DNA of 64,000 nucleotides, from assembly GCA_002492465.1 (NCBI GenBank), contig DKYT01000019.1:40815-104814 (forward strand). The letters are read 5' to 3'. This DNA comes from Lachnospiraceae bacterium UBA7093 (GTDB lineage: Bacteria > Bacillota > Clostridia > Lachnospirales > Lachnospiraceae). The notes beneath the pieces were generated by a model. The model saw only the letters and a program-made list of their open reading frames with translations, ran no database searches and was not told the origin of the DNA. Each line of letters starts with the position of its first letter. The first letter of the stretch is position 1. The translations under genes were made by a program, and so were the position numbers. Shown piece by piece: positions 49,602-58,220 of the stretch.

Positions 49602-49623
49602 CGCAGAATGGTCAATTCTGCGA
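49601..49623. repeat. Right recombination site (IR-R)
   Basis: TCGCAGAA-TGGTCAA-TTCTGCGA; with two inner flanking bases the inverted match is 25 bp (48162-48186 vs 49599-49623). Confidence 0.9.
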
Positions 49624-49722
49624 AACGGATTACCATGCGGTTAAAGTATTGATTTATAGTTTGCCAAAGAAGCGCTGATTATACATTGCAGGAATGCAAA
49701 GATTTTTTAAGGGGTCAGGTTA

Positions 49723-51069
49723 ATGCCGGGAGAAACGCTTACAAAGACAATCACACAGCATACCGGAGAACTTGATCAGGAGACACTTTCCTTCTTGTAT
49801 GGAATTGCAGAGGACTATGCAAAGGTCAGGAACGCTGTGTATCAGAGGTATTCCGGCATCCGCCATGTAAATCAACTCACGCCTGTGTACGGTATTTTAA
49901 ATGAAATGCGAAGCTGCGGTTTAAGAGAGCAGTTAAACCTGCCGGTCGTCTATTATGAGCTTGCAGTCGCGGATGCGGTGTCGGACATTAAAACCAGATG
50001 GGCAGTCCTGAAGAAGAAGCTTAACGGACTTGTGACGGAAAATGAAAGTCTGAGCGCTGATGAAAAGATGTATATCCGTACCGTTCTGAAAATAAACAGC
50101 ACTTTTTCGGCAATTTTAAACAGAGAACCGTATGAGCTGCCGGACAATGCAAAGGATTTAAGGCTTGACACGGACAGGCTGAACAACAGGATCCGGAGGA
50201 TGGTGAGGAAATACCTCACAGAACCCAAAACCGAATATACACGGCTTTTCAGGGTGTCCCCTAATGGTTACCGTTACAAGGACGGAGGAATTTACCTCGT
50301 CAGCAGGATACCGAGGCATCGGGTGTTCATTCCGCTGAAAAACCATGAGCGGTACGACAGACAGATTTTATTTATGCTTGAAGAAAACAGCGCGACGCTG
50401 CATATTCCGGTGGAGGCACGGATTAAAACCCATGAAGATTACACGAACACTGTATTTATGCATATCGGAAACAGAGTAATGTTTACCCTGGCAGACGGCA
50501 CCGTCTATGGGGAAGGGTTGGAGCAGATGGTATTTCCTGAGACGTTGCGTTTAGACAAAAAAAATCAGGAACATGGGAGGCTGCGCAGGGAAGCGGAAAA
50601 TTACAGGGCAGAGGGCTTGGATGATAAGGCGGAAGCCATAGAGAGAAATAACCTGGGCAGACAGAAATATAGCAGCAGGAAAGCAAGAGAACGTGCCAAC
50701 ACGGTTCGCTATATCAATACGGAGATTAACCGGATGCTCCGGGAGGAGAAACCCGCACGTATTGTCATCCCCAGCCGGGTATTGAAAAAATGTACAAAGC
50801 ATTATTCAAGGACAGTAAACCTGAAGCTGACACGGAGCTTTCAGGGCTTTATCAGGGAGAGGCTTGCGTTCAAGTGCCGTCTCAATTCCGTGGAGATTGT
50901 TGAGGTTAACTCCAAGGGAACAGGAAGTCTGTGCGCAGACTGCGGTACAGAGGGAAAATGCTGGAAGGACGAGTTCGTCTGTGAGCATTGCGGCAGTCAT
51001 ACCACGGCTGCCTTAAACGCTGCAAAAAATGTGGAGAAAAAGTATAAAGAGATGTGCCATCCTGATTAA
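49723..51069 (+). CDS. tnpB: TnpB/Cas12f-like protein, predicted nuclease-dead
   Basis: C-terminal LAFKC...VEVNSKGTGSLCADCG...FVCEHCG...LNAAKNV matches the TnpB RuvC/Zn-ribbon pattern. Catalytic D/E/D positions read H247, P350 and A430 by manual alignment. Confidence 0.85.
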   Translation: MPGETLTKTITQHTGELDQETLSFLYGIAEDYAKVRNAVYQRYSGIRHVNQLTPVYGILNEMRSCGLREQLNLPVVYYELAVADAVSDIKTRWAVLKKKLNGLVTENESLSADEKMYIRTVLKINSTFSAILNREPYELPDNAKDLRLDTDRLNNRIRRMVRKYLTEPKTEYTRLFRVSPNGYRYKDGGIYLVSRIPRHRVFIPLKNHERYDRQILFMLEENSATLHIPVEARIKTHEDYTNTVFMHIGNRVMFTLADGTVYGEGLEQMVFPETLRLDKKNQEHGRLRREAENYRAEGLDDKAEAIERNNLGRQKYSSRKARERANTVRYINTEINRMLREEKPARIVIPSRVLKKCTKHYSRTVNLKLTRSFQGFIRERLAFKCRLNSVEIVEVNSKGTGSLCADCGTEGKCWKDEFVCEHCGSHTTAALNAAKNVEKKYKEMCHPD

Positions 51070-51480
51070 TCCACCAAACCAGAGAATAAGCGGATAACAA
51101 TCCGTTTTACCCGGCAAATGCCCGATTGCAGGCATTCAGACAGGGATCGCTGGAAAAGGGTGTGTTGATGATAGAAAATGACGCTGCAGACAGTGGGCAG
51201 CGCCGGCAAAAAGTCGGCATTAACTGGGTAGAAAAGGGACTTGCTCCCTTTTGCCTTCGCGTATGCCAGGACCGTGGCCTTACACGGAGCGAAGCAAGGC
51301 TGAATCCGCGAGATTGCGAAATGCAATTCGCCGGATAGGTTTTGCATGCACCTATAAAAAGGTGCTGCGATAATGCGTATGATGATAAAACGACGGATCA
51401 ATGGTAATTCCTAATAATTTGCAGGGCGCTTCATGCTCCGGCGTTTAACAATCACCTGAAATTGTTACAGGGAAAGGCGA
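51070..51480 (+). ncRNA. Putative large structured RNA (omegaRNA-like or leader)
   Basis: At least 8 adjacent hairpins plus a 10-bp long-range helix (51105-51114 with 51224-51233); G-U pairs favour the + strand; no credible ORF. Boundaries approximate. Confidence 0.65.
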
Positions 51481-51484
51481 AAAA

Positions 51485-52846
51485 GTGTTGCGTGTAAAGC
51501 GTTATAAAAAGAAAGAACTTTTGGAAAGCGTGTCTACGCTGGCAAGGACAAATGACGCAATTGTAAAATTGATAAAAGCAAATCCGGAAGGCGTGATGGA
51601 AATCCTTGCTTCCTGCCAGGAAACTGCAATTCTGACAGGAACCTATATAGAAGGCATGGGTGAAAAATATGCCTATCTTGTAAAGCTTTTAGAGGACTAT
51701 TGTGAGAACCTGTTTCAAATGAGCGAATCCATTCAGGACGAAGGGCAGTGCCGCAGGATAACAAAAAGGATACAAAAGCAGCTGAACCAAATCCTGCATG
51801 GCGTAACCTGTGATCTGCCTGACGACAGGAAAGAAGTTGTGTTCCTGCCGTATAAAGCGAGCATGTGGGACTCCCTTGAGAGCGTATGGAAGGCAATGGA
51901 TGCGGACGAGAACACGGACGCATATGTGATTCCTATTCCATATTTTGACAAGAACCCGGACGGCACATTTAAAGAGGAGCACTATGAGGGAGATCAGTAT
52001 CCGGCTTATGTGCCCGTGACAAAATATGATGCGTATGATTTTGAGGCGAGGAAACCGGATGTGATCTATATCCATAACGGATATGACGACTGCAATATTG
52101 TCACCAGCGTACATCCATATTTTTATTCAGAAAATCTGAAGAATTATACGGACTGCCTTACTTACATTCCGTATTTCGTGCTTGCAGAGCCAGACCCGGA
52201 GAATGAAGATATGATAAAAAATATCGAGCATTTCTGCATCATACCGGCGGTTTTCCATGCAGACAGGATAATCCTCCAGTCAGAGGCAATGAAGCAGGTC
52301 TATGTTAAAGCGCTTATGGATGCCACAGGCGATCACAGCAGCGCCGCCAAAAAGTATTGGGACAGTAAAATTGAGGGGACAGGTTCCCCGAAGTTTGACA
52401 GGCTGGCACATACCAAGCGGGAGGACGTGGAAATTCCAAAGGAGTGGCTTTGCATTATCAACAAGCCGGATGGTACGCCGAAAAAGATTATCCTATATAA
52501 CAACAGCATCAGTGCGTTGCTCTTACATAATGAAAAAATGATAACAAAAATGAAATGGGTTTTTGAAACTTTTAAGGAGAACAGGGACGAGATTGCCTTA
52601 TTATGGAGACCGCATCCGCTGATAGAAAGCACCCTGACGAGTATGCGCCCACAGCTTTGGGAAGCCTATCAGGCTATCCGCGACAAATATCTTGCGGAAG
52701 GCTGGGGGATTTATGACGACACGACTGACATTGGCAGGGCGATTGTGGTAAGCGATGCGTATTATGGAGATCCCAGCAGCGTGGTGCAGATGTATGAAAT
52801 GACTGGGAAACCAATTATGCTGCAGAATGTAGAAATAGTATATTGA
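51485..52846 (+). CDS. GT-B-like / CDP-glycerol glycerophosphotransferase-like protein
   Basis: VVFLPYKASMWDSLESVW, GSPKFD, LLWRPHP, SDAYYGDPSSV. Confidence 0.6.
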   Translation: MLRVKRYKKKELLESVSTLARTNDAIVKLIKANPEGVMEILASCQETAILTGTYIEGMGEKYAYLVKLLEDYCENLFQMSESIQDEGQCRRITKRIQKQLNQILHGVTCDLPDDRKEVVFLPYKASMWDSLESVWKAMDADENTDAYVIPIPYFDKNPDGTFKEEHYEGDQYPAYVPVTKYDAYDFEARKPDVIYIHNGYDDCNIVTSVHPYFYSENLKNYTDCLTYIPYFVLAEPDPENEDMIKNIEHFCIIPAVFHADRIILQSEAMKQVYVKALMDATGDHSSAAKKYWDSKIEGTGSPKFDRLAHTKREDVEIPKEWLCIINKPDGTPKKIILYNNSISALLLHNEKMITKMKWVFETFKENRDEIALLWRPHPLIESTLTSMRPQLWEAYQAIRDKYLAEGWGIYDDTTDIGRAIVVSDAYYGDPSSVVQMYEMTGKPIMLQNVEIVY

Positions 52847-52876
52847 CGAACCAAAATAGTTTACAGGAGGTATCAA

Positions 52877-53416
52877 ATGTCTGATAAAGGTGAGAAGCAA
52901 AGTAAAAAAGCCAACAAAGGGCTCATCATAGTGATAATTGCAGCGCTGGTGGTCATAGCCGCCCTTGTGGGTGTGATTATTTATATGATCCATTCTAAAA
53001 ATGCGGATGAGGCGGATGACAAAAGACCCGTTGTTGTAACAGAAGAAAATGCCGAACAGATTGCGGAGGAAATTCTTAACCGTGAGGAACCCCAGGGAGT
53101 ACCGATGAGTTATCAGGTAACGATGAACTCTACATGGGAGTTTGAGAGCGGAGATAAGGCATCGTCAAATGCTTACGTTGCAAATTCTGCAGATAACGAA
53201 ACGGCGGTTTACTTCGATGTTGTAAGAAACGATACACAGGAAACAATTTATCAGTCCCCAGTAATTCCTGTTGGCGGGGAACTCAGTTCCGTTAAGCTTG
53301 ACACGGATCTGGATGCCGGGGATTATGAGTGCACACTTACCTATCATCTGATCGACGAAGACCAGAATACACTTACCACAGTCAATATGTGGCTTATGGT
53401 AAAGGTGGCAAATTAA
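52877..53416 (+). CDS. Membrane-anchored protein with a beta-sandwich-like ectodomain, unknown function
   Basis: Basic N-terminus, single TM, acidic beta-rich C-domain; AGGAGG RBS. Confidence 0.7.
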   Translation: MSDKGEKQSKKANKGLIIVIIAALVVIAALVGVIIYMIHSKNADEADDKRPVVVTEENAEQIAEEILNREEPQGVPMSYQVTMNSTWEFESGDKASSNAYVANSADNETAVYFDVVRNDTQETIYQSPVIPVGGELSSVKLDTDLDAGDYECTLTYHLIDEDQNTLTTVNMWLMVKVAN

Positions 53417-53493
53417 GGCAGTTCACTCATCGGAGCTGTATGTGATACAAGGATGAGTCACATTATAAAAATTTATCAAAGGAGGATAAGAAG

Positions 53494-54555
53494 ATGAGAA
53501 ATTTTAAGAAAGTAGCAGCAATAGGTTTAGCGGCGACCATGCTTATGGGAAGCACAGCTACAGCGTTTGCTGCCGAAGGCGGAGCTACCGGCAGCGGTGA
53601 CTATGAAGGGTATGTTGAGGAAACTTCTGTTTTTTCAGTAGAAGTTCCCACTGATGTATCGGCAACACAGGGCTTTGATTTCTTTGTGGATCCCAATGGA
53701 CTTCTTGCAGCCACAGATTATGCAAGAATTTCAGGAGCCACAGCAGACGATTTTGAGGCGGATTCAACCTTGTTCTTCACAAGGACACCTGTGGCTGCAG
53801 ATGCAGATAATGGTGTAGAAGCAGTTACCAAATATGGTAAGGACAGTGAGTCCATTACCTTTACAAACAAGAGCTCCTACGCGGTCAATGTAGAGGTTTC
53901 AGCTGCTGTGTCCGGAGCTGACGGCATTACCCTTGGGGCTGTAGAAGATGATACAACTGCTCCCACAATTTATCTTGCGCTTGTGGCACCCGGAACGGAC
54001 GGCAATGATGCCGCAACACCTATCACGGCATCCGGAGCTGCTGTGACCGGTTCCATTGATGGTGAAAACAGCAATTTTGAGGTAGTCTACAAGCAGGCTG
54101 ATGCGGATGCAGGAACAGAAGCAGGATATTATTATGTGCAGAAGACAGCAACGGATGATAACCCGCTTGCTCCCTGGAAGACATACTCCTTCAAGCTTAC
54201 CGGTGCATGCGGCGGAACGTGGACTGCTGCACAGGCAGAGGTGGCGCCTACTGTTACTCTTACATGGAAGGTTACAGATCCCGCAGCTGGTCCGAGCACA
54301 AGCGGAAGCCTCAGCACCAGCAGTAAAGCTGTCACTATTTCCGGGCTTGGTGAAGGTGTGACCTTAAAGAGCGCCGCAGTTGCTAAAACTGACGGAACAT
54401 CTGTTGCAATGACAAGCGGGACACATTTCACATTCTCAGCGGGAACATTTACAGTGCTTAAAGATGCATTAGTTAGCAATACCAGCTATAAAGAATGGGT
54501 ACTGACGTTCAGCGATGATTCAACAGTAAAAATTTCGATTGTAGCCGCTTCGTAA
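53494..54555 (+). CDS. Secreted Ala/Thr/Gly-rich surface protein (WxL/fibre-subunit-like)
   Basis: Sec signal ending AFA, strong RBS, VTLTWKVTDP motif, extra C-terminal beta domain. Confidence 0.65.
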   Translation: MRNFKKVAAIGLAATMLMGSTATAFAAEGGATGSGDYEGYVEETSVFSVEVPTDVSATQGFDFFVDPNGLLAATDYARISGATADDFEADSTLFFTRTPVAADADNGVEAVTKYGKDSESITFTNKSSYAVNVEVSAAVSGADGITLGAVEDDTTAPTIYLALVAPGTDGNDAATPITASGAAVTGSIDGENSNFEVVYKQADADAGTEAGYYYVQKTATDDNPLAPWKTYSFKLTGACGGTWTAAQAEVAPTVTLTWKVTDPAAGPSTSGSLSTSSKAVTISGLGEGVTLKSAAVAKTDGTSVAMTSGTHFTFSAGTFTVLKDALVSNTSYKEWVLTFSDDSTVKISIVAAS

Positions 54556-54568
54556 GCAGTTTTGGCAT

Positions 54569-54612
54569 GTGGTTGCCCGCATATATGTAATTTTGCGGGC
54601 AACCACGATTTT
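54569..54612 (+). terminator. Intrinsic terminator-like hairpin inside the cluster
   Basis: GTGGTTGCCCGCA-N12-TGCGGGCAACCAC followed by GATTTT. Confidence 0.75.
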
Positions 54613-54687
54613 AAATATATGATTAATAGATTAGGAAGATGGTTTAAATATGGAATAGGACATTGAAGATAAGTAAGGAAACTGTTT

Positions 54688-55884
54688 ATGCGAGTTGTAA
54701 TTTATGGCTTAAGTAAGACGACTTTTTTCGTCGAAGAAGCGCTGAGACGGGAGCATACTATTTTATGTTATTCAGACGGAGTTGCGCAAATAAGCAAGTA
54801 TAAGAATGTTACATTTGTCCCGGTTGGCAAATTATGTGAGTTGAATTTTGACTACATTATTATTGCAATTGAGAACAGGATTGCTGCCGATGAAATAAAG
54901 AAAAAATTAGAAAATGTATATGGGATCAACGCAGAAAAGATTATTGACTGTAAACAGATATTGAATGGACAAAAAGTCGATAATATTATGCGGCTCTCTG
55001 ATATGAATTATTCGGGAATTATTTTAGGAAATTCACATGCTGCTAAAGCTATAAATGCAAGATGCCTTACAGGATCATGGTGCAATCTGTCAAATGGGAG
55101 TGAGGACATTTATTATCATCTTGTAACTCTGAAAATATGCAGGGAAAGATACTGGGAACGCATAAAGAAATTAAAGTATTTGATAATAGATATGTGGGAT
55201 TATGAAGCTTTTAATTATGATGCTTCAATGACAAAAGCTATACTGACTTATTGGTCACATGGCGGTATTATTGAAGACATACATAATTATAAGTCCAATG
55301 TAAATTATCATGTATCGCCTGATGAACTGTTAAAAGAATATGGATATTATTCACCAAACGTTTCAGAGGCAGACAAGGTATTGGCAAATAAGTTGTTTGA
55401 TTTTTCCGTTGTAAAGAAAAAATATGACGATTTGTTTTATGGAAGTTCATATACGTTTTACAATGATTATCCCCCGGTTTACAGATTTGGGAAGAATCTG
55501 GCTTTGCCGGATAATTTATACATGGAAAAAGCCGAACACAAATATGAAGATACAATACAGGAAAATATAAATATATTTGACGAATTGATTGGGCTGGCAA
55601 AAGAAATAAACAAGAATATAAAAATTATAATTTTATTAACGCCAAGATTGGCAGAGGTGGAAAAAGCGCACAGTGAAAATAAGAAAATGGTGCGATGGAA
55701 GCATGAATTTGAGGAAATCATACAGCCGTATGTCAGTGGTAATATTTGTTATTTGAATATGAAAAATTTGTATCCGATCTCAGAAAATGCTTATTTCTAT
55801 GAAGATGCAGGACATATGAATGCCGTTGGAGCCAATGCATATACGTCCTATTTAAATGATTTTATTTTAAACTGGGAGAGTTAA
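54688..55884 (+). CDS. Rossmann-like N-domain + SGNH/DltD-like domain protein
   Basis: VVIYG start; LGNSHA and EDAGHMN resemble SGNH blocks I and V. Confidence 0.5.
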   Translation: MRVVIYGLSKTTFFVEEALRREHTILCYSDGVAQISKYKNVTFVPVGKLCELNFDYIIIAIENRIAADEIKKKLENVYGINAEKIIDCKQILNGQKVDNIMRLSDMNYSGIILGNSHAAKAINARCLTGSWCNLSNGSEDIYYHLVTLKICRERYWERIKKLKYLIIDMWDYEAFNYDASMTKAILTYWSHGGIIEDIHNYKSNVNYHVSPDELLKEYGYYSPNVSEADKVLANKLFDFSVVKKKYDDLFYGSSYTFYNDYPPVYRFGKNLALPDNLYMEKAEHKYEDTIQENINIFDELIGLAKEINKNIKIIILLTPRLAEVEKAHSENKKMVRWKHEFEEIIQPYVSGNICYLNMKNLYPISENAYFYEDAGHMNAVGANAYTSYLNDFILNWES

Positions 55885-55921
55885 TGAAATCGATGTTGCT
55901 ATGCAGGAGAAGAGGTAAACA

Positions 55922-57127
55922 ATGCTGCAGTATGGCTTAAATGCGTACGCAAGTGATTTTGTAATTGATGAAGAAAATATTTGGTTTGTTCCATTTGGAT
56001 ATAACTATCTATGTTGTTACAATTTGAAACAAAAGAGAATGGAAAAAAGAATCAGACTTCCAATAGAAAACAACAAGCCAGTGCTATACGGAAGCATGGT
56101 GAAATCCGGGAGTAGAATGATCCTCATTCCATCAGAGGCGGATGCCACCGTTGTATATGACAAGGCTGATGGAAAAATAACGAAATTTTTGGTAGATGAA
56201 ATAAAAGAAGATATTTACTGCGCATGTTGCGTGGAAAATGACAATGTTTGGATGATTCCGTGGATAAGAAGGACTAATGAGGTACAGGATATTTTTGTAA
56301 AAAAAATTAATTTATATGATGGAAGGATAGCATTTTTAGAAGCATTTCCAAAAAACACAGAACCAAAGGATAGGGGAGAAAGGTGGCTGCTAAACGGAAA
56401 TTGTGTGTGCGTTGAAAATAGTATTTATATTGGATATAGAAACTACATAATAAAAATAGATTTATGCAATGGCTGTAGGGAAGCTTATATTGTCGGTGGT
56501 GACAAGGTAATCTATACCACCATGTGTATGGTTGACGATGAGCGGCTGTGCATGATGGACATTTATGGAAATGTAATAATCTGGAACAGGAAAAAGGAGC
56601 AGCTTGCTGCGGAAATAAAAAATGAAAACATTTGTCTGGAAATGCTGGGCTTTCCTAACGGATATGGGCATAGGGAGGGATATGGAAGCAGCGTTGTGTA
56701 TAGGAATGAGTTTGTCTGGTTTATTCCATCCCATGCGAACAAGGTATTGCAGTTAGACATAAAAAATAACGTGCTTTCAGAAGCGTGGTTCAGCAGTGAT
56801 ATATGTGGGGATGTTATGGAAAGACCGGATGCCTGTGGGCAGTTTTCAAAGGCGCATATCAGGGGAGATTATCTGTATGTGTGGAATCTCTGGAATGAAT
56901 CCTTTTTTATCATTGATATCAGATTTCACAAAGTTGAACGGAGACGCATAGAGACCGGACTTAGCTCGGATGAGTTCTGTTCGATGTTTTGGAAATACAT
57001 GGGGAAAGGAATATGCCGTGAAGAACTACTGGGGGCTGATGGATTAAATTTGCTTATTCAATCCATATGTTCTGACAAATATGATAGACGTAAGCTATAT
57101 GAAAATATGGACAAAATGAAAGGGTAA
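55922..57127 (+). CDS. Hypothetical protein, probable beta-propeller
   Basis: Repeated IWFVP / MILIP / VWMIP / VWFIP blade-like motifs. Confidence 0.5.
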   Translation: MLQYGLNAYASDFVIDEENIWFVPFGYNYLCCYNLKQKRMEKRIRLPIENNKPVLYGSMVKSGSRMILIPSEADATVVYDKADGKITKFLVDEIKEDIYCACCVENDNVWMIPWIRRTNEVQDIFVKKINLYDGRIAFLEAFPKNTEPKDRGERWLLNGNCVCVENSIYIGYRNYIIKIDLCNGCREAYIVGGDKVIYTTMCMVDDERLCMMDIYGNVIIWNRKKEQLAAEIKNENICLEMLGFPNGYGHREGYGSSVVYRNEFVWFIPSHANKVLQLDIKNNVLSEAWFSSDICGDVMERPDACGQFSKAHIRGDYLYVWNLWNESFFIIDIRFHKVERRRIETGLSSDEFCSMFWKYMGKGICREELLGADGLNLLIQSICSDKYDRRKLYENMDKMKG

Positions 57128-57131
57128 AAAT

Positions 57132-58220
57132 GTGCTAAAACGCGAATGTACGGGATGTATGGCGTGCTATAATGCATGCCCAAATGGCAGCATTAAGATG
57201 AAAATGGATTTTGAGGGCTGTACTTACCCATATATAAATAGCAGAACATGTATACAGTGTGGAAAGTGCAGGGCAGTATGTCCTGCATTACAAAAAGGGG
57301 ATAAACAGCAGCCGGAACAGACGATCGTTTCATATGTAGGATACTGTACAGATGAGAAGATCCGTAGAACAAGTTCATCCGGAGCTGTTTTTCCGTTAGC
57401 GGCTAAATGGTGTATAGATAAAGGAGGTACTGTTTTTGGGGCGCGATATGACGGAATCAGGGTCATACATTCTCATGCGGAGACTATGGAGGCAGTGGGA
57501 CTGTTTAAAGGATCTAAATATGTTCAAAGTAATATTGGGATTACATATAGACAAGCAAGGGAAGCCCTTGAAAAAGGGAAATATGTTCTGTATACAGGGC
57601 TTCCATGTCAGATTGAAGGTTTAAAGGCATACCTGAAAAAAGAATATGAGAGATTATATACAATAGATCTTATCTGTCATGGAGTAGGAGCGCCGGGAAT
57701 CTGGGAGAAATACATCAAAGTATTTCACCGTGGGAAAAAGATTAAACATATTGATTTTAAGAATAAAGATGCTGGATGGAATAAGGAGCAGCTTGTCATA
57801 CAATATGCAAATGGAGGAGAGTATCGTAGATTTCCTTTGGATGATTATTATGATTATGGATTTAATCAAAATATTTTTCTGAGAAGCTCATGTTATGACT
57901 GCCAATATAAGGGATTTAACAGGAAAAGTGATTTGACGATCGGGGATGCATGGGGAGTAGAAAAATATGCCCCCAGATTTAGAGATGATAAAGGGTGCTC
58001 TTTAGTTTTTGTACATTCGAAAAGGGGAAAAGAACTTTTTGAAGAAATCTCAAAGAAGATGAAGTGCGAGGCAGTAGATGGTAAAAAAGCGGTTCAGTAT
58101 AATCAAAGAATGATAAGCTCCGTGCCGGAAACGCCAAAGCGTAAAGAGTTTTATGAGAACTTAAGGAAGTATTCATTTCGATTAAGCATGATGATGACAA
58201 AGGGTAAAAAGAATGAGTAA
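57132..58220 (+). CDS. Ferredoxin + F420 hydrogenase beta-subunit (FrhB)-like protein
   Basis: CTGCMACYNACP, CIQCGKCRAVCP, SSSGA, GSKYVQS, GLPCQ, DLICHG, LRSSCYDC. Confidence 0.88.
   Translation: MLKRECTGCMACYNACPNGSIKMKMDFEGCTYPYINSRTCIQCGKCRAVCPALQKGDKQQPEQTIVSYVGYCTDEKIRRTSSSGAVFPLAAKWCIDKGGTVFGARYDGIRVIHSHAETMEAVGLFKGSKYVQSNIGITYRQAREALEKGKYVLYTGLPCQIEGLKAYLKKEYERLYTIDLICHGVGAPGIWEKYIKVFHRGKKIKHIDFKNKDAGWNKEQLVIQYANGGEYRRFPLDDYYDYGFNQNIFLRSSCYDCQYKGFNRKSDLTIGDAWGVEKYAPRFRDDKGCSLVFVHSKRGKELFEEISKKMKCEAVDGKKAVQYNQRMISSVPETPKRKEFYENLRKYSFRLSMMMTKGKKNE

Larger units (their letters stand above)
48162..49623. mobile_element. Predicted invertible segment (1462 bp) carrying its own recombinase and a promoter
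   Basis: Two identical lox-like sites in opposite orientation flank a tyrosine recombinase gene. Inversion is inferred, not observed. Confidence 0.8.

Noticed and set aside
48162-49623. attL/attR of a prophage or ICE
   Set aside because: The sites are inverted rather than direct and enclose only the recombinase; no phage, conjugation or tRNA genes are nearby.
51066-51401. Short ORFs 51126-51338 (+) and 51066-51401 (-)
   Set aside because: No RBS or protein motifs; the region is better explained by RNA structure.
49723-51480. Active IS200/IS605 or IS607 element
   Set aside because: No Y1 or serine tnpA is adjacent, the RuvC residues are absent, and the neighbouring enzyme is a lambda-type tyrosine recombinase enclosed by its own sites.
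47956-51484. CRISPR array for a type V system
   Set aside because: No regularly spaced direct repeats and no cas1/cas2 were seen around the TnpB-like gene.
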